Below are positions 1 to 9,122 of a stretch of 40,000 nt of DNA, piece after piece; position 1 is the stretch's first letter; every line of letters begins with the position of its first letter. Made by a program: the position numbers and the translations under genes. This DNA comes from Methyloligellaceae bacterium (GTDB taxonomy: Bacteria > Pseudomonadota > Alphaproteobacteria > Rhizobiales > Methyloligellaceae). The notes under the pieces are model-generated. The model had not been told where the DNA came from, made no database searches, and saw only the letters and a program-made list of their open reading frames with translations. The stretch spans positions 1 through 40,000 of the forward strand of contig OZ245780.1 of NCBI GenBank assembly GCA_965227905.1. The letters run 5' to 3'.

Positions 1-1050
1 CACGCGCGGCGCCGGGAACGCGCCGCTGTCCAGTTCGCTTCTCGCCTCCCGGAAATATTTCATGCCGCCGGTGAGCCAGACGGACATGCCGCCCTCGCTG
101 GTCTCGCCCCCGAGGGGGAAACCGGGCCAGACCGACTCGCCGTCGATAACCGGCCCCCGATAGATGCGCTGCATGGCGGCAATCTTCGCATCCTCCAGGC
201 AGGGCGACCGGCTGCCGTCGCAGCGCAGGGAGTCGACGTCGAAATCGCAGGCGGGCGGGTGGATAAGAATGCCGTCCTCGATGCCGTCCAGCGCGTCGCA
301 CTGCGCCAGGTAGGTCTGCGCGATCAGGGCCTGGTCCGCGGGAGTGATCAGCGCCTCTTCCAGGTCCAGCGGGTCGGGGTACTGGGCCTGCGTTATCTGT
401 GTGGCGTTGGCGCCGATGCCCATGGTCCAGTTGTAGGCGGGGGCGCCGGCAACTATGCCGTCGAAGTCCGCGGGGTAGCGCTGGGCCTCCATCAGTGCCT
501 GGCCGCCGCCACGGGAACATCCCATGAAATAGTTGAGCCGGCTGGGCTGTCCGTAGAACGAGGTTATGAGTTGCTTGCTGGCAACCGCCGTCAGGTGCAC
601 CGCCCGGTGGCCGAAATTCTCGACGCGCTCGGGGTTGTCCAGTGCCCAGCTGGCATCGACGGCGTGACCCCGGTGGCCGGTATCGGTGCCGACGGTCGCG
701 TAGCCGGACTGCAGCGCGCCGTAGAAGTACGCGGTGTTGACCACGGAGCCGACGAAGCCCCCGCCGCCTCCCATGACGAACTTGCCGTTCCACGTCAGCG
801 GCAGCAGCAGCTCGAAGTTGATCTCGGTCTCGATGACCCCCGTGACCCGACAGTGCTCCTCGGGGGAGGTCTCCAGGGAGACCCCGAGAATGCGCACATC
901 CGCCGGGGTGTCGAACACCGCGGCCTCACAGCGCGGCTGGGCCGCGAGGTCGACCGCGGGCTGGGGCGGGAACATGTGGTCCTCGAGGGCGCCGGCCCCG
1001 AAGAACAGGGCTCCGCCGATCAGCGCGAGGATGGCAAGGGCGGCGAGCAT
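1..1050 (-). CDS. tannase/feruloyl-esterase family alpha/beta hydrolase (partial; C-terminus runs off the window start, 350 codons visible)
   Basis: Absent from the ORF track because it has no in-window stop. Hand translation of the reverse strand from the ATG at 1050 gives MLAALAILALIGGALFFGAGA (signal-like), then LPLTWNGKFVMGGGGGF, YFMGCSRGGGQALMEAQRYPADFDGIVAGAPA and AQCDALDGIEDGIL. The G-C-S-x-G-G nucleophile elbow and the CDxLDG segment are typical of the tannase/feruloyl esterase family. The 259..1224 + ORF is its antisense shadow. Confidence 0.75.
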   Translation of the reverse strand, partial: MLAALAILALIGGALFFGAGALEDHMFPPQPAVDLAAQPRCEAAVFDTPADVRILGVSLETSPEEHCRVTGVIETEINFELLLPLTWNGKFVMGGGGGFVGSVVNTAYFYGALQSGYATVGTDTGHRGHAVDASWALDNPERVENFGHRAVHLTAVASKQLITSFYGQPSRLNYFMGCSRGGGQALMEAQRYPADFDGIVAGAPAYNWTMGIGANATQITQAQYPDPLDLEEALITPADQALIAQTYLAQCDALDGIEDGILIHPPACDFDVDSLRCDGSRSPCLEDAKIAAMQRIYRGPVIDGESVWPGFPLGGETSEGGMSVWLTGGMKYFREARSELDSGAFPAPRV

Positions 1051-1129
1051 GGCTTGTGGTTGTTATTACCGGAGGGTCACCATAGCCCAAAGCCCTTGCC
1101 GCCGCCAGCGGGCGGGGCGCCGGCCAGGC

Positions 1130-1900
1130 TCAGGCCGCCGCGTGTTCCCGGCCCCGCGCCGCCTCGCGGAAACGCGCCCTGTAGTCCTCGAACTCGGTGC
1201 CCATCCAGCGATCCCACCAGGTGAAGTACAGGCCGTAGTTGCCCCGCCCCCGCTGGTGGTGCAGGTCGTGGTGCGTGACCGTTGTGAACACGTCCAGCGG
1301 TGAGTCCACCCACCAGGCGGGGTGAAACTCCACACCGGAGTGACCCATGGCGTTGCGCACGATCATGATGATGAGGAAGCCGAACAGCACCCACTCGTGC
1401 ACCGGGAAAAAAAATCCGTAGAGCGGTACGAACAGCGCCATCAGCAGCGCCTCCCCGGGTGCGAAGGAGTAGGCCGCCCAGGTGGTCGGCGTGTGCGAGC
1501 GGTGGTGCACCAGGTGGAACAGCCGGAACAGGGGCTTCCAGTGCATCAGCCGGTGCACCCAGTAGAAGTAGGCGTCGTGCAGGACGAGCACCCAGGGCAG
1601 GCTGAGCGCCGTGTACCACAGCGGGTAGATGCTGATGTCGTCGTAGTGCCGGATGTATCCCAGGCGCTCCAGTTCCACCGTCACCAGTGCCACCGAGGCG
1701 TAGACCGCGGTGGTCAGCAGGGAGTAGCCGACCTCCCGGCGCATGTCCGCGGCCTGCGCGCGGCGCGCCTGGATGCGCCTGCGCTCCGAGAAACGGGGGC
1801 AGCAGCCGTACAGCACCAGGGCGACGCCGCCGGCGCCAAAAAGATAGCGAGCGCTATCGAAACCCCATACGAAAATCCAGAATTCAAACAGTTGGGACAT
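1130..1900 (-). CDS. fatty acid hydroxylase / sterol desaturase superfamily membrane protein
   Basis: 256-aa ORF with hydrophobic segments and three His boxes: HDAYFYWVHRLMH, HLVHHRSH and HHDLHHQ. This is the di-iron His-box pattern of the family. Confidence 0.8.
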   Translation of the reverse strand: MSQLFEFWIFVWGFDSARYLFGAGGVALVLYGCCPRFSERRRIQARRAQAADMRREVGYSLLTTAVYASVALVTVELERLGYIRHYDDISIYPLWYTALSLPWVLVLHDAYFYWVHRLMHWKPLFRLFHLVHHRSHTPTTWAAYSFAPGEALLMALFVPLYGFFFPVHEWVLFGFLIIMIVRNAMGHSGVEFHPAWWVDSPLDVFTTVTHHDLHHQRGRGNYGLYFTWWDRWMGTEFEDYRARFREAARGREHAAA

Positions 1901-2007
1901 TGTGTCACCTCCACGTGAGTCGCGTTTGACGTCGAGGCGAATTAAAGGCCCTCAGGGGGTCCCAATGCTTACCGCCACCGAAAAATGCTGGGCGATTTCG
2001 GAATCGG

Positions 2008-3054
2008 TCAGCTTTTTACGGGATTTGCACAGTGCTGCTGGCGGAAGTCGGAGGGGTTGGTGCCGTTTTCGGCGCGAAATGCGCGGTTGAAGGTGGTCAT
2101 CGAGCGGTATCCCGCGTCCATGGCGATGGTCAGGATCGGCACCTGTCGCTCGGCGGGGTCCCGCAAGCGCCGGGTTACCTCCTGCAGCCGGTAGTGATTG
2201 AGGAAGTCGTTGAAGTTGCGGTAGTCCAGCCGCGTGTTGATGAGTTTGCGCAGGCGGTGTTCGGCGATACCCAGGCGGGACGCGAGACTGCGGATGGTCA
2301 GGTCCATCTCCCGGTAGGCCCCCTCTTCGCCCATGGCTGCCAGGAGCCGGTCCAGTTCCGGGTCCGCCGGTGGCTCCGCAGCCGGTGTGCCCGCCGGTGC
2401 CGGTGCCGGCGGCAGCAGGCCCTCTTCGCCCATGAGCAGGGCCGCGCCCAGGAAGACCAGGATACTGGCGATGATGCCCACCGTATTGGCCAGTTCCACC
2501 CAGTCGGGGATCGGCTGGTCGCGCATGATGGACTCCACCAGCGTGACGCCGATGACGTAGCAGCCTGTGATGCCGCACACCGCCAGGCGCATGCGGCGCC
2601 GGGATTCCACGAGGTCCTGCCGCCAGTTGCGCACAACCACGTACAGCGAGTACAGGGCGCCCCCGAGCATGGCCAGCCGTATCGGCGCGCGCAGCCACCG
2701 GGTGTCCAGGCCGAGGCCGTGCTCCAGCGCCAGTTCGGTGTAGCTGGCGCCCAGGTAGAGGGCGCCGAACCAGAGGCTGCGCAGGGCGGGCCCCGGGTGC
2801 TCGTCGAACAGGGCCTGCACGAGCAGCAGGAACAGCAGCACCGAGGCGTCGGAAAACACCACCGCCAGATAGAACAGCGGCCCGCGGCCGAGATCGTGCA
2901 GGACCGGGGCCAGGAGGTAGCCGCACAGGCACAGGCCGAACAGGCCGAGGACCCGCAATGGGTAGTAGTGGCGAAAGCGCAGCCACGCGGTCATCGTCAT
3001 GCCCAGCAGCAGGCCGACCGCGATACCTCGCAAGAGAAACTGGGCTTCTTCCAT
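2008..3054 (-). CDS. AraC-family transcriptional regulator with N-terminal multi-pass membrane domain
   Basis: 348-aa ORF. The N-terminal ~200 aa are hydrophobic helices. The C-terminus (LTIRSLASRLGIAEHRLRKLINTRLDYRNFNDFLNHYRLQEV...ILTIAMDAGYRSMTTFNRAFRAENGTNPSDFR) is a canonical AraC double-HTH. Confidence 0.8.
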   Translation of the reverse strand: MEEAQFLLRGIAVGLLLGMTMTAWLRFRHYYPLRVLGLFGLCLCGYLLAPVLHDLGRGPLFYLAVVFSDASVLLFLLLVQALFDEHPGPALRSLWFGALYLGASYTELALEHGLGLDTRWLRAPIRLAMLGGALYSLYVVVRNWRQDLVESRRRMRLAVCGITGCYVIGVTLVESIMRDQPIPDWVELANTVGIIASILVFLGAALLMGEEGLLPPAPAPAGTPAAEPPADPELDRLLAAMGEEGAYREMDLTIRSLASRLGIAEHRLRKLINTRLDYRNFNDFLNHYRLQEVTRRLRDPAERQVPILTIAMDAGYRSMTTFNRAFRAENGTNPSDFRQQHCANPVKS

Positions 3055-3222
3055 AGCCGCCTACGCTGCTATCGACGGGGCGGCGAGTCAAGCACCGCGT
3101 TGACCCGCCGATCTGCCCCGAAATTGACCGATTCGCGCCACGCTCCTAAGATCAGTCCATGAATAACAATATATTGCGCCGGCCGGCCCTCCTGGCCCTG
3201 CTGGAACACTCGCAACGGCCGC

Positions 3223-3672
3223 GTGGCGCCGCCGGTGCAGCAACCGCTATGCGCTACCGATCAAACCGATCCTACAGAGCCAATCGAAAGTCTTCTTGGC
3301 AACACGCCTGGCGATGCGCTGGAGAGCATGTTCGCGGCACAGATGATCGCCTGCCATGGCGCGGCAATGACCTGCTACGAACGAGCAGCCATCACTGATC
3401 AGCATCTTGCAAGTCGGATGGCGCATTTGAACCTCGGTGCGCGCCTCGGCCGCACCTTCACCGATCTTACCCATGCGCTGAACAAGCATCGCGGACGGGC
3501 CGACCAGAAAGTCACCGTCGAGCACGTCCATGTGGACGGCGAGGTGGGGGCAGGTGCGAAATTGGAGGAACAACCCCATGCAAAGGGAAAACGCCCTGGC
3601 AATGCACGGATCCAAAAAGTGCGGAGCAAAGACGCGCAGCGGGGCGCCCTGCCGGTCGCCGGCGATGGCTAA
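3223..3672 (+). CDS. hypothetical protein (island-associated; uncertain)
   Basis: GTG-initiated 149-aa ORF containing AAQMIACHGAAMTCYERAA...LNKHRGRADQKVTVEHVHV. From memory this resembles N-terminal segments of small alphaproteobacterial mobile-element proteins. Its last ~95 nt overlap the next gene in another frame. Confidence 0.3.
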   Translation: MAPPVQQPLCATDQTDPTEPIESLLGNTPGDALESMFAAQMIACHGAAMTCYERAAITDQHLASRMAHLNLGARLGRTFTDLTHALNKHRGRADQKVTVEHVHVDGEVGAGAKLEEQPHAKGKRPGNARIQKVRSKDAQRGALPVAGDG

Positions 3673-3829
3673 CGGGCGCTGCCGCATGCATGGCGGCGCC
3701 GCAACCGGCGCACCGCTGGGGAATTCCAACGCGTTGACGCATGGACTCTATACGGCGGAGACGAAGGCGTTCCGAGCCGAGACCAGTGCGCTGCTGAGGC
3801 GGGCACGCGCATTGCTTGATGGGCTATGA
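3578..3829 (+). CDS. HGGxSTG-domain protein (small Cys/His-rich protein of alphaproteobacterial mobile regions)
   Basis: The ATG at 3578 is preceded by GGAGGA at 3564-3569. The product reads MQRENALAMHGSKKCGAKTRSGAPCRSPAMANGRCRMHGGAATGAPLGNSNALTHGLYT, showing the CGAxTRSGxPC...GRCRMHGG motif. The ORF track lists a longer alternative start at 3530. Confidence 0.55.
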   Translation: MQRENALAMHGSKKCGAKTRSGAPCRSPAMANGRCRMHGGAATGAPLGNSNALTHGLYTAETKAFRAETSALLRRARALLDGL

Positions 3830-3881
3830 TATCGATAAACGTTTGCCGAAGCTGCGCAGTTTGGGAGGGGACTAGAAAGAC

Positions 3882-4058
3882 ATGGAATTCGGCCGGTGGA
3901 TTTATATCGTCGTGCTTGCCGTCTTCGTCATCGCCGGGCGGAAGTTCATGGATGCCTGGCGCGATGAGACGGACAAGGGCCGCCCGCGGCGGATCCTCTT
4001 TGGCGCTTTGTGCTTCGCCTGCTTCCTGGTGGTGGCGTTTTTCGAGGTTCAGCTTTAG
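3882..4058 (+). CDS. small two-helix membrane protein (58 aa), hypothetical
   Basis: Below the ORF-track size cutoff and found by hand. The ATG at 3882 is preceded by GGGAGGGG (3863-3870). The product is MEFGRWIYIVVLAVFVIAGRKFMDAWRDETDKGRPRRILFGALCFACFLVVAFFEVQL, two hydrophobic helices joined by a basic loop. Confidence 0.4.
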   Translation: MEFGRWIYIVVLAVFVIAGRKFMDAWRDETDKGRPRRILFGALCFACFLVVAFFEVQL

Positions 4059-4099
4059 CAGGAAGTGCCGGCATTGGCTTTTGTGGAGGCGGAACCACT

Positions 4100-4320
4100 G
4101 CGCCCCCTCACCCAACCCACTCCCGCCACGGGAGAGGGCTTTTCGCGCTGGCCGTGCCGCCCCGTCCCTTCTCCCCTCGCCGCACCGTCATTCGTCATTG
4201 CCGGACTTGATCCGGCAATCCATGCGGTGGTGCTGCCTGCAGACACTTCTATCGAATAGGAACGGGCGTTACCCGCGGCGGGATTGCATGGATTGCCGTG
4301 TTGGAGCACGGCAATGACGA
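4100..4320. repeat. intergenic palindromic repeat cluster (RIME/REP-like)
   Basis: Perfect hairpin ATTGCCGGA-cttga-TCCGGCAAT at 4197-4219. Perfect hairpin ATTGCCGTG-ttggag-CACGGCAAT at 4292-4315. A longer-range inverted repeat pairs ccggcaatccatgc (4211-4224) with gcatggattgccgt (4287-4300). A C/T-rich tract (ccccctcacccaacccactcccgcc...tctcccctcgcc) lies upstream. Confidence 0.45.
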
Positions 4321-4376
4321 AATCGAGACTGCTGAATGTTGCAAGTGATGGGGCAGACTGCAGGCGACCGAAGCCG

Positions 4377-4583
4377 TCAAGCCCGGTCGCAGTCGAGCAA
4401 TTCGCCCTTTCTCCTGGCCTCGGTAAAATCCTTGCCGCAGACACCGCAACTATCGAGGCCTTCAATGGCACCAAGACCGCCACAGCTACCGGCGATACGC
4501 CGGTTCGAGACGATGACTCCGACTGCCATTCCGATAACGACCAGCAAAAATACGACAAACGCTACGACAACGGTTTGGATCAT
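4377..4583 (-). CDS. nqrM: (Na+)-NQR maturation protein NqrM
   Basis: 68 aa with a single N-terminal TM helix followed by the Cys motif GSCGGLGAIEGLDSCGVCG. It starts 9 nt downstream of nqrF on the same strand. Confidence 0.75.
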   Translation of the reverse strand: MIQTVVVAFVVFLLVVIGMAVGVIVSNRRIAGSCGGLGAIEGLDSCGVCGKDFTEARRKGELLDCDRA

Positions 4584-4592
4584 CGCAGCACC

Positions 4593-5819
4593 TCAGCCGC
4601 CGAAGTCATCGAGCATGATGTCTTCGCGCTCGACGCCGAGATCAAGGAGCATGTCGATCACCGCGCGGTTCATCATGGGCGGTCCGCACAGATAATATTC
4701 GCAGTCCTCGGGAGCGGGATGGTCCTTGAGATAGTTCTCATACAGCACATTGTGGATGAACCCGGTCTCGCCCTCCCAGTCGTCGCCGGGCTGCGGGTCC
4801 GACAGGGCCACGTGCCAGTCAAAATTGTCGTTCTCTGCAGCCAGACCGTCGAAGTCCTCGACAAAGAACATCTCACGCTTGGAACGCGCGCCATACCAGA
4901 AGCTCATCTTGCGATTCGAATGAAGGCGCTTCAGCTGATCGAAGATGTGGCTGCGCATCGGTGCCATACCGGCGCCGCCACCGACGAAGACCATTTCCTT
5001 TTCCGTTTCCCGGGCAAAGAACTCGCCGAAGGGACCGGAAATCGTCACCTCGTCTCCCGGCTTCAGATTGAAGATATAGCTCGACATGATGCCCGGCGGG
5101 ATCTTGTTGGGATCGGCATGTGGCGGCGGGGTCGCGATGCGCACATTGAGCATGATGATGCCGCGCTCTTCCGGATAGTTGGCCATGGAATAGGCACGCA
5201 CGACTTCTTCGTCGTTCTTGGCCTTGATGTCCCAGATTTTGAAACGATCCCAATCCTCGTGGAAGCGTTCGGCAACGTTGAAATCGTGGAAGTCGACCTC
5301 ATAGGGGGGACATTCGATCTGGATGAATCCGCCGGCACGGAAGTCCACATGCTCGCCTTCGGGCAGCTCAAGAACCAGATTCTTGATGAAGGTCGCGACA
5401 TTGTCGTTCGAGATCACCTTGCAGCGCCATTTCTTGACACCGAAGACCTCGTCCGGAATCTGGATCTTCATGTCCTGCTTGACGGCAACCTGACAGGCCA
5501 ACCGGTCGCCATCACGCGCTTCGCGCTTGGTGATGTGCGAGAGCTCAGTGGGCAGGATCGATCCGCCACCTTCGCTGATCTGAACCCGGCATTGGGCGCA
5601 GGTGCCGCCGCCGCCGCAGGCGGAGGAAACAAAGAGGTTGGCGTCGGCCAGCGCGCCGAGCAGCTTGGAGCCGACCGGTGCCTTGACCTTACGTTCACCA
5701 TTGATCTCGATTTCGACCGCGCCGCTCGAGACAAGCTGCGAACGGGCGAACAGGATCACGGCGACCAGCGAAAGAATAATGGCTGTGAAGAGTGTAACGC
5801 CGAGAGAGAAGTCAACCAT
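4593..5819 (-). CDS. nqrF: Na+-translocating NADH:quinone oxidoreductase subunit F
   Basis: 408 aa with an N-terminal TM helix and the 2Fe-2S ferredoxin motif [22 protein letters not shown]-binding segments are present ([39 protein letters not shown]). Confidence 0.95.
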   Translation of the reverse strand: MVDFSLGVTLFTAIILSLVAVILFARSQLVSSGAVEIEINGERKVKAPVGSKLLGALADANLFVSSACGGGGTCAQCRVQISEGGGSILPTELSHITKREARDGDRLACQVAVKQDMKIQIPDEVFGVKKWRCKVISNDNVATFIKNLVLELPEGEHVDFRAGGFIQIECPPYEVDFHDFNVAERFHEDWDRFKIWDIKAKNDEEVVRAYSMANYPEERGIIMLNVRIATPPPHADPNKIPPGIMSSYIFNLKPGDEVTISGPFGEFFARETEKEMVFVGGGAGMAPMRSHIFDQLKRLHSNRKMSFWYGARSKREMFFVEDFDGLAAENDNFDWHVALSDPQPGDDWEGETGFIHNVLYENYLKDHPAPEDCEYYLCGPPMMNRAVIDMLLDLGVEREDIMLDDFGG

Positions 5820-5831
5820 GTGTGGGAAGCC

Positions 5832-6440
5832 TCACAGTTGAATGCCAGAGAAAGACATGAAGGCAAGAGACATGAGTCCGGCCGTCATGAACGTTATGCC
5901 GAGCCCTTGCAGGCCGGCGGGCACATCGGAGTATTTCATCTTTTCGCGCAGGCCGGCGAGGGCCACGATCGCGAGCGCCCATCCGACCCCCGAGCCGATG
6001 CCGTAGACGACGCTCTCGCCGAAATCATAGTCGCGCTCGACCATAAAGAGCGAGCCGCCGAGAATGGCGCAGTTCACAGTGATCAGAGGCAGGAAGATGC
6101 CGAGAGCATTGAACAGCGCGGGGAAGAAACGATCGAGCGTCATCTCCAGGATCTGCACCATGGCGGCGATCACGCCGATATAGCTGATCAGACCGAGAAA
6201 CGTCAGGTCCGTCTCGCCAAGGCCAAGCCACGACAGAGCGCCGGGCTTCAGGATGTATGTCAGAATGAGATTGTTGGCCGGAACCGTGATGACCTGAACC
6301 ACGACCACGGCAATGCCGAGCCCCAGCGCCGTCTCGATCTTTTTGGAGACGGCCAGGAACGTGCACATGCCGAGGAAGAAGGCGAGCGCCAGATTCTCGA
6401 CGAAAACGGCGCGGGCGAAGAGACTGAGATAGACCTCCAT
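5832..6440 (-). CDS. nqrE: Na+-NQR subunit E
   Basis: 202-aa polytopic membrane protein containing [22 protein letters not shown] and [10 protein letters not shown], the characteristic NqrE/RnfA-type motifs. Its position in the operon fits. Confidence 0.95.
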   Translation of the reverse strand: MEVYLSLFARAVFVENLALAFFLGMCTFLAVSKKIETALGLGIAVVVVQVITVPANNLILTYILKPGALSWLGLGETDLTFLGLISYIGVIAAMVQILEMTLDRFFPALFNALGIFLPLITVNCAILGGSLFMVERDYDFGESVVYGIGSGVGWALAIVALAGLREKMKYSDVPAGLQGLGITFMTAGLMSLAFMSFSGIQL

Positions 6441-7099
6441 CAGCCGTGCTCGCTGACTTGCGCATGCATGATGCGGAAATTGACTTTCTCGAGCTGGTCC
6501 GTCTTCACCGATCTCAGGATCCAGATGAAGCCGCCAATGATGAAGAAGGCACTTGGCGGCAGAAGCAGCAGGCCGTTGGGCTGGTACCAGCCGCCCGTGC
6601 TGATCGGGGCGAGAATCTCAAATCCCAGAAGCGTGCCGGCACCGAACAGCTCGCGGATCGTGCCGACGCCAATCAGGATGGCACTGTAGCCGAGGCCGTT
6701 TCCAAGCCCGTCGAGAAAGGACGGGCCCGGCGGGTTCTGCATGGCGAAGGCTTCCGCCCGGCCCATGACGATGCAGTTGGTGATGATCAGGCCGACGAAG
6801 ACGGAAAGCGTCTTGGAGATCTCGTAGGCATAGGCCTTGAGGATCTGATCCACCACGATGACCAGGGAGGCGATGATGACCATCTGCACGATGATGCGGA
6901 TGCTGCTCGGAATGTGATGCCGGATGGCGCTGATGGAGAGGTTCGAGAATGCGGTCACCGAGGTCAGCGCAATGCACATGATGAGCGAGACTTCGAGAGA
7001 CGACGTCACGGCGAGGGCCGAACAGATGCCGAGCGTCTGCAGAATGACCGGATTGTTTTCGAGCAACGGGTCGGTGACGAGTTTTCTTGCGTCAGCCAT
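6440..7099 (-). CDS. nqrD: Na+-NQR subunit D
   Basis: Contains [21 protein letters not shown] and [14 protein letters not shown] (NqrD/RnfE type). The preferred start is the ATG at 7099 (MADARK...), which overlaps the nqrC stop by 8 nt. The ORF track extends to 7120. Confidence 0.9.
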   Translation of the reverse strand: MADARKLVTDPLLENNPVILQTLGICSALAVTSSLEVSLIMCIALTSVTAFSNLSISAIRHHIPSSIRIIVQMVIIASLVIVVDQILKAYAYEISKTLSVFVGLIITNCIVMGRAEAFAMQNPPGPSFLDGLGNGLGYSAILIGVGTIRELFGAGTLLGFEILAPISTGGWYQPNGLLLLPPSAFFIIGGFIWILRSVKTDQLEKVNFRIMHAQVSEHG

Positions 7100-7877
7100 T
7101 CTTCGCCAGCTCCTGCTCAATGTTCTTCAAGAAGGGACCAAATCCGTTTTCACCTGCCCAGTAACGCACGAGATTGTTAACACCCTGCGATGTCAACGTA
7201 GCACCGGCGAGGCCGTCGATTTGATGGGACGCGTTGTCGCCTTCGGTCGCGGCGCTTTTGACGACTGCAATCTTGATATTGCCGTCCTCGTCGTAGAGCA
7301 GTTTGCCCGGCCACTTGGCACGCCAGTTCGGGTTGTCGACCTCGCCGCCGAGACCGGGCGTCTCCGCATGATCGTAGAATTGCAGGCCGACGATTTCCCG
7401 GCCATTGGGCTTCAGTGCAAGATAGCCATAGAGCGTCGACCACAGGCCGTAGCCGTGGACGGGAATGATCACTGTGCTGAATTCTCCCTGGTCGGTCTTG
7501 ACCAGATAGACAGTGGCGTAGTGCGCCTTGCGTTTGATGCTGGCAACGTCTTCGTCGCGCGGCACCGGGTCGCTGAGCTTTGGATCGCGGGCTGCATCCC
7601 GCTGCTCATAGGTGGCCGGGTCGACGGCGTCCGTAAACTTGCCCGTTCGCAGATCGACAACCCGCTGCTCAATCCTCTGGAACAGCGCGTCGATGCTGGC
7701 GCCTTCTTCCATAAGACCAGCGACTTCAAGAATGTTCTGGCGCTTGGCCTGAAGCTTGTTGGCATCCTGAAGCGGGCGCAGGCCGATCGCCGCTGCCGAA
7801 ACGAAAATCGAGCAAACGAGACAGAGGGCAACCGCCACAATGACGATTTTGCGCGGGTCGTCGTTGTTCATGGCCAC
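7092..7877 (-). CDS. nqrC: Na+-NQR subunit C (FMN-binding)
   Basis: 261 aa with an N-terminal TM anchor, [21 protein letters not shown], and the FMN-attachment motif [13 protein letters not shown]. Confidence 0.9.
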   Translation of the reverse strand: MAMNNDDPRKIVIVAVALCLVCSIFVSAAAIGLRPLQDANKLQAKRQNILEVAGLMEEGASIDALFQRIEQRVVDLRTGKFTDAVDPATYEQRDAARDPKLSDPVPRDEDVASIKRKAHYATVYLVKTDQGEFSTVIIPVHGYGLWSTLYGYLALKPNGREIVGLQFYDHAETPGLGGEVDNPNWRAKWPGKLLYDEDGNIKIAVVKSAATEGDNASHQIDGLAGATLTSQGVNNLVRYWAGENGFGPFLKNIEQELAKNG

Positions 7878-7910
7878 ACATCCTTTGGCGAACGGACTTC
7901 GGCAATCGGA

Positions 7911-9119
7911 TCAGGCATGGCGCCGCTTCCTTCGCCTGATATTGGCGCTGGTCACGAAATAATCAATCAGCGGGGCGAACACATTGCCGAAGAGGATGGC
8001 CAGCATCATGCCTTCGGGAAAAGCTGGATTGACGACACGGATGAGAACGCACATCACCCCGATCAACGCGCCATACCAGAGACGGCCGGTATTGGTCATG
8101 GCGGCGGATACCGGTTCGGTGACCATATAGACCAGACCGAAGGCGTAGCCGCCCAGCACGATATGCCAGTACCACGGCATGGCGAACATCGGATTGGTGT
8201 CGGAGCCGATCGCATTGAAGACGAGGGTCATGAGAATGGTGCCGATCAGACATCCGACAATCAGCCGCCAGTTCGCGATCCGCGTATAGACCAGAAAGAC
8301 CATGCCGATGAGACAGGCGAGCACCGATGTCTCGCCGAGACTGCCCTGCATGTTGCCAAGAAAGGCGTCCATCCAGGTCAGGTCTATGCCCGAAAGGGCC
8401 GTGTGCCCTTCAGCCGCCGAAATGGCCAGCGAGGTTGCACCGCTATAACCGTCGACAGGCACCCAGACCGCATCCCCCGACAATTGCGCGGGATAGGCGA
8501 AATAGAGAAAGGCGCGTCCCGTCAGAGCCGGATTGAGAATGTTCTTGCCTGTACCGCCGAAAATCTCCTTGCCGATCACGACCCCGAAGATGATGCCGAG
8601 CGCCACCTGCCAGAGCGGTGTCGATGCGGGCAGGATCAGGACATAGAGGATCGAAGTGACAAAGAAGCCCTCATTCACCTCGTGACCGCGGACGACGGCG
8701 AAGATGACCTCGCACATGCCGCCGGCAACCATCGTCACCACATAGATCGGAAAGAAATAGAGGAAGCCGTGCATGAAGCACGCAAACAGATTGTCCGGGC
8801 TGATCCCGATGCCGAACGCGTCGAGGATCCAGCCGCGCCACCCGGCCGCGCTGGCCATGCCAAGTTCCGCGAGGGCCATATTGGCCTGGTAGCCCGTATT
8901 GTAGAGGCCCCAGAAAATGCAGGGGAACGTTGCCAGAAACACATAGACCATCATGCGTTTCAGATCGAGGCTGGCGCGCGCGTGCGGCGCCACCTGGGTC
9001 ACGGTCTTCGGCGAATAGAAGATCGTGTCGACCATCTCGTAGACGGCATAGAATTTTTCGTACTTGCCACCCTTGAGAAACAAGGGCTCGATTGCATCGA
9101 ATTTTTCGCGCAGACCCAT
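7911..9119 (-). CDS. nqrB: Na+-NQR subunit B
   Basis: 402-aa polytopic protein with an N-terminus (FLKGGKYEKFYAVYEMVDTIFYSP) and a YSGATSLA FMN-site segment, both typical of NqrB. Confidence 0.95.
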   Translation of the reverse strand: MGLREKFDAIEPLFLKGGKYEKFYAVYEMVDTIFYSPKTVTQVAPHARASLDLKRMMVYVFLATFPCIFWGLYNTGYQANMALAELGMASAAGWRGWILDAFGIGISPDNLFACFMHGFLYFFPIYVVTMVAGGMCEVIFAVVRGHEVNEGFFVTSILYVLILPASTPLWQVALGIIFGVVIGKEIFGGTGKNILNPALTGRAFLYFAYPAQLSGDAVWVPVDGYSGATSLAISAAEGHTALSGIDLTWMDAFLGNMQGSLGETSVLACLIGMVFLVYTRIANWRLIVGCLIGTILMTLVFNAIGSDTNPMFAMPWYWHIVLGGYAFGLVYMVTEPVSAAMTNTGRLWYGALIGVMCVLIRVVNPAFPEGMMLAILFGNVFAPLIDYFVTSANIRRRKRRHA

Positions 9120-9122
9120 GCG

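Noticed and set aside
259-1224. 321-aa + strand ORF (and overlapping 734..1303, 1077..1619, 1322..1918 ORFs)
   Set aside because: These are antisense or off-frame shadows of the tannase-like and His-box desaturase-like genes in a very GC-rich segment. Their translations are Pro/Arg/Gly/Ala-rich without motifs.
1952-3162. 379-aa minus-strand and 376-aa plus-strand ORFs overlapping the AraC gene
   Set aside because: Only the 2008..3054 minus frame yields a coherent membrane domain plus an AraC HTH. The other frames are Arg/Pro/Gly-rich GC artefacts.
3223-3829. Possibility that ORFs 3223..3672 and 3530..3829 are one frameshifted gene (pseudogene)
   Set aside because: The two frames could be joined near the ggg-aaaa run at about 3585-3595. 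However, the downstream frame has its own ATG (3578) with a strong GGAGGA RBS at ideal spacing, and short stand-alone HGGxSTG proteins exist. I could not verify a frameshift without homolog alignment, so I report them as two genes with low confidence for the upstream one.
4284-6689. 801-aa ORF on the + strand
   Set aside because: It is antisense to nqrM, nqrF, nqrE and part of nqrD and has the same shadow-ORF composition. The minus-strand genes explain the region.
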